Shown piece by piece: positions 30,806-32,000 of a stretch of DNA of 32,000 nucleotides. Position 1 is the stretch's first letter; the number at the start of each line of letters is the position of its first letter. The notes beneath the pieces are model-generated. The model saw nothing but the letters and a program-made list of their open reading frames with translations. It had not been told where the DNA came from and did no database searches. Source of the DNA: Candidatus Arthromitus sp. SFB-rat-Yit (GTDB taxonomy: Bacteria > Bacillota > Clostridia > Clostridiales > Clostridiaceae); contig NC_016012.1 in assembly GCF_000283555.1 (NCBI RefSeq), positions 1-32,000 on the forward strand. The letters are read 5' to 3'. Made by a program: the position numbers and the translations under genes.

Positions 30806-31470
30806 TTCGTGTTATTTTTTACTCCTTTTGTTAATTTCTTTGTGGGAGCAGGATCGGTAAATCCTGGAACAGTACCGCCTGCAACGGCCCAAAAGTATAG
30901 ACTTGCTACGCTACCATAAGGAGAGAGGCGTTTCCTGTATTTTTCAAACTGCTTCCTGTCAATCTCACGATGCTGATAAACCATTCTCATACCACGCAGA
31001 ATCGCTAAATCACCGAAGCTTAGGATATTTGGTCTTTGCAGACAGAATATTAGAATCATCTCCGCTGTCCATACTCCTATGCCTTTTAAATTCACAAGTG
31101 CATCTATTGCTTCTGTATCAGACATCTTTTTTACGGCAGCTAGGTCAAATTTGCCTATAGTAACTTTTTCGGAAAAGTCCTTGATATACTCCGCCTTGCG
31201 GAAAGTCATTCCCAGAGATTGTAGTTCTGCTATATTTGCACTGTTGATTGTTTCCGGCGTTACTTTGCCAAGATAATCATTCATTCGCTGCCATATAGTC
31301 CGATGTGCCTTTGTGGAAATCTGCTGCCCTATAATGTGATGTACGACAGAGGAGAACAGATCGGAATCTACCTCCCGGTCAATATGCCCCACATGATCGA
31401 TGACCCATGCGAGTTTCTTATCCTTAGATTTAAGATATTCTACAGCTTCATCGCCATACTCAAAATACAT
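30802..31470 (-). CDS. alkA: DNA-3-methyladenine glycosylase II (AlkA-like, HhH-GPD superfamily)
   Basis: Intact. Likely start at M13 of the track ORF (MYFEYGDEAVEYL; the ORF track starts at 31506). HhH LVNLKGIGVWTAEMILIF and catalytic Asp in SFGDLAILRG. Confidence 0.8.
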   Translation of the reverse strand: MYFEYGDEAVEYLKSKDKKLAWVIDHVGHIDREVDSDLFSSVVHHIIGQQISTKAHRTIWQRMNDYLGKVTPETINSANIAELQSLGMTFRKAEYIKDFSEKVTIGKFDLAAVKKMSDTEAIDALVNLKGIGVWTAEMILIFCLQRPNILSFGDLAILRGMRMVYQHREIDRKQFEKYRKRLSPYGSVASLYFWAVAGGTVPGFTDPAPTKKLTKGVKNNTK

Positions 31471-31567
31471 CTTTTCACCGCTCACCGCCTTTATAAATCG
31501 CCTCATCTATACTATAATTATATCGCGAAACACTGGTATTTTCTATTAGAATGCTGTAGAATTTTAA

Positions 31568-32000
31568 CAATATATTTCAAACACTAACATTCAGGATGCG
31601 ATCACCTTGGAAAAACGGAATGTATATATCAATTTGGTTAATTTGAACCTGCATACCTACTTCTCGTACCTTGTTCTCAATGTTGAAAATGACACTTCTT
31701 ATCTGTTGAATCCGGGTTTACGTGTCATGCATTGGTATGAAGACCTATATTTTATCTATGTGATAGAATGAACGATATGTGTGAAGACGTTGGGAACAGA
31801 GGAAATTGGCTCTGTGGTAGATGGGATATACATCAACAAGAATGTCGTGCATCTGGTTGAAAATATCAGTGCTTGCAAGTATAAGAGTTTTCTTTTCCCG
31901 GAATACTTTGTTTATTATTACCTGATAGCACCGACAAGTTGCACTTACATACGTCATAACGTGAAACAGTGGAATCTCACTGATGATGCTATACGGCTCT
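31568..32000 (+). pseudogene. AraC/XylS-family regulator, N-terminal cupin part (partial at window end, no in-frame ATG, one in-frame TGA)
   Basis: A plus-strand frame is open from 31568 to the window end except for TGA 31769-31771: ...LNPGLRVMHWYEDLYFIYVIE[TGA]TICVKTLGTEEIGSVVDGIYINKNVVHLVENISACKYKSFLFPEYF. This resembles the HWH.E.E.IYV.EG...G..I.IN.N..H cupin pattern. It is divergent from alkA. Confidence 0.4.

Noticed and set aside
29864-31587. Plus-strand ORFs 29864..30163, 30458..30790, 30549..30758, 30903..31160, 31079..31276 and 31303..31587
   Set aside because: They are antisense to the ogt, adaA and alkA sequences, which carry clear family motifs on the minus strand.
31745-31957. 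70-aa minus-strand ORF near the window end
   Set aside because: The plus-strand frame across 31568-32000 has only one stop in 144 codons and shows an AraC-cupin-like pattern. The minus ORF is most likely its antisense shadow.
23500-32000. Translation table 25 (UGA=Gly) as the sole explanation for the broken ORFs in the higher-GC block
   Set aside because: It would repair the esterase and some other lesions. In-frame TAA and TAG codons and several frameshifts would remain. TGA also appears to be the genuine terminator of alkA, ogt, the 377-aa hydrolase and the 44-aa ORF, in ATGA coupling overlaps. It is kept only as an alternative to test.
22830-32000. A direct repeat of the tRNA-Arg 3' end (an att site) marking the far boundary of an island
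   Set aside because: I found no convincing copy within the window. The closest, CCTGTGCC near 28125, is too short to mean anything. The block continues past 32 kb, so the boundary, if any, is outside the window.

Overview
The first ~23.5 kb is the origin-proximal part of a very AT-rich, Clostridia-like Firmicutes chromosome (hand-counted sample lines ~23-27% G+C). Coordinate 1 is the dnaA TTG start. Gene order is dnaA-dnaN-recF-remB-gyrB-gyrA, tRNA(CAU)+tRNA-Ala, an HD-domain protein, serS, a 534-aa membrane-anchored hypothetical, two tRNA-Ser, addB-addA, cca (minus strand), yhaM, a DUF1189-like membrane protein, tRNA-Arg(ACG) and a PhnB/VOC-family gene. All 15 CDSs look intact and ordinary.

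At ~23.48-23.56 kb the composition jumps (sample lines ~35-50% G+C) and coding switches almost entirely to the minus strand. The last 8.5 kb is an accessory block in four parts:
- an OmpR-type regulator remnant;
- three tandem membrane-anchored alpha/beta hydrolases (one badly decayed, one intact, one with a single in-frame TGA), with a small membrane peptide and a divergent TetR;
- a ~1.4 kb degraded integrative-element remnant (serine-recombinase stub, HTH/Zn-ribbon gene, polymerase C-terminal stub);
- an ATGA-coupled alkA-adaA-ogt-methyltransferase chain, followed by a divergent AraC-like gene cut by the window end.

Most genes in this block carry in-frame stops or frameshifts. Three patterns stand out. 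Stops sit at conserved Gly/Glu positions, consistent with GGA>TGA and GAA>TAA. All four Ada zinc-ligand cysteines and the Ogt acceptor cysteine are replaced by Tyr or Phe. The junction lies just past a tRNA gene.

I found no CRISPR array, no recognisable defence or toxin system, and no clearly novel intact system. The unusual signal is the decaying foreign block and its mutational signature. All homology statements rest on motif recognition by eye, not on searches.
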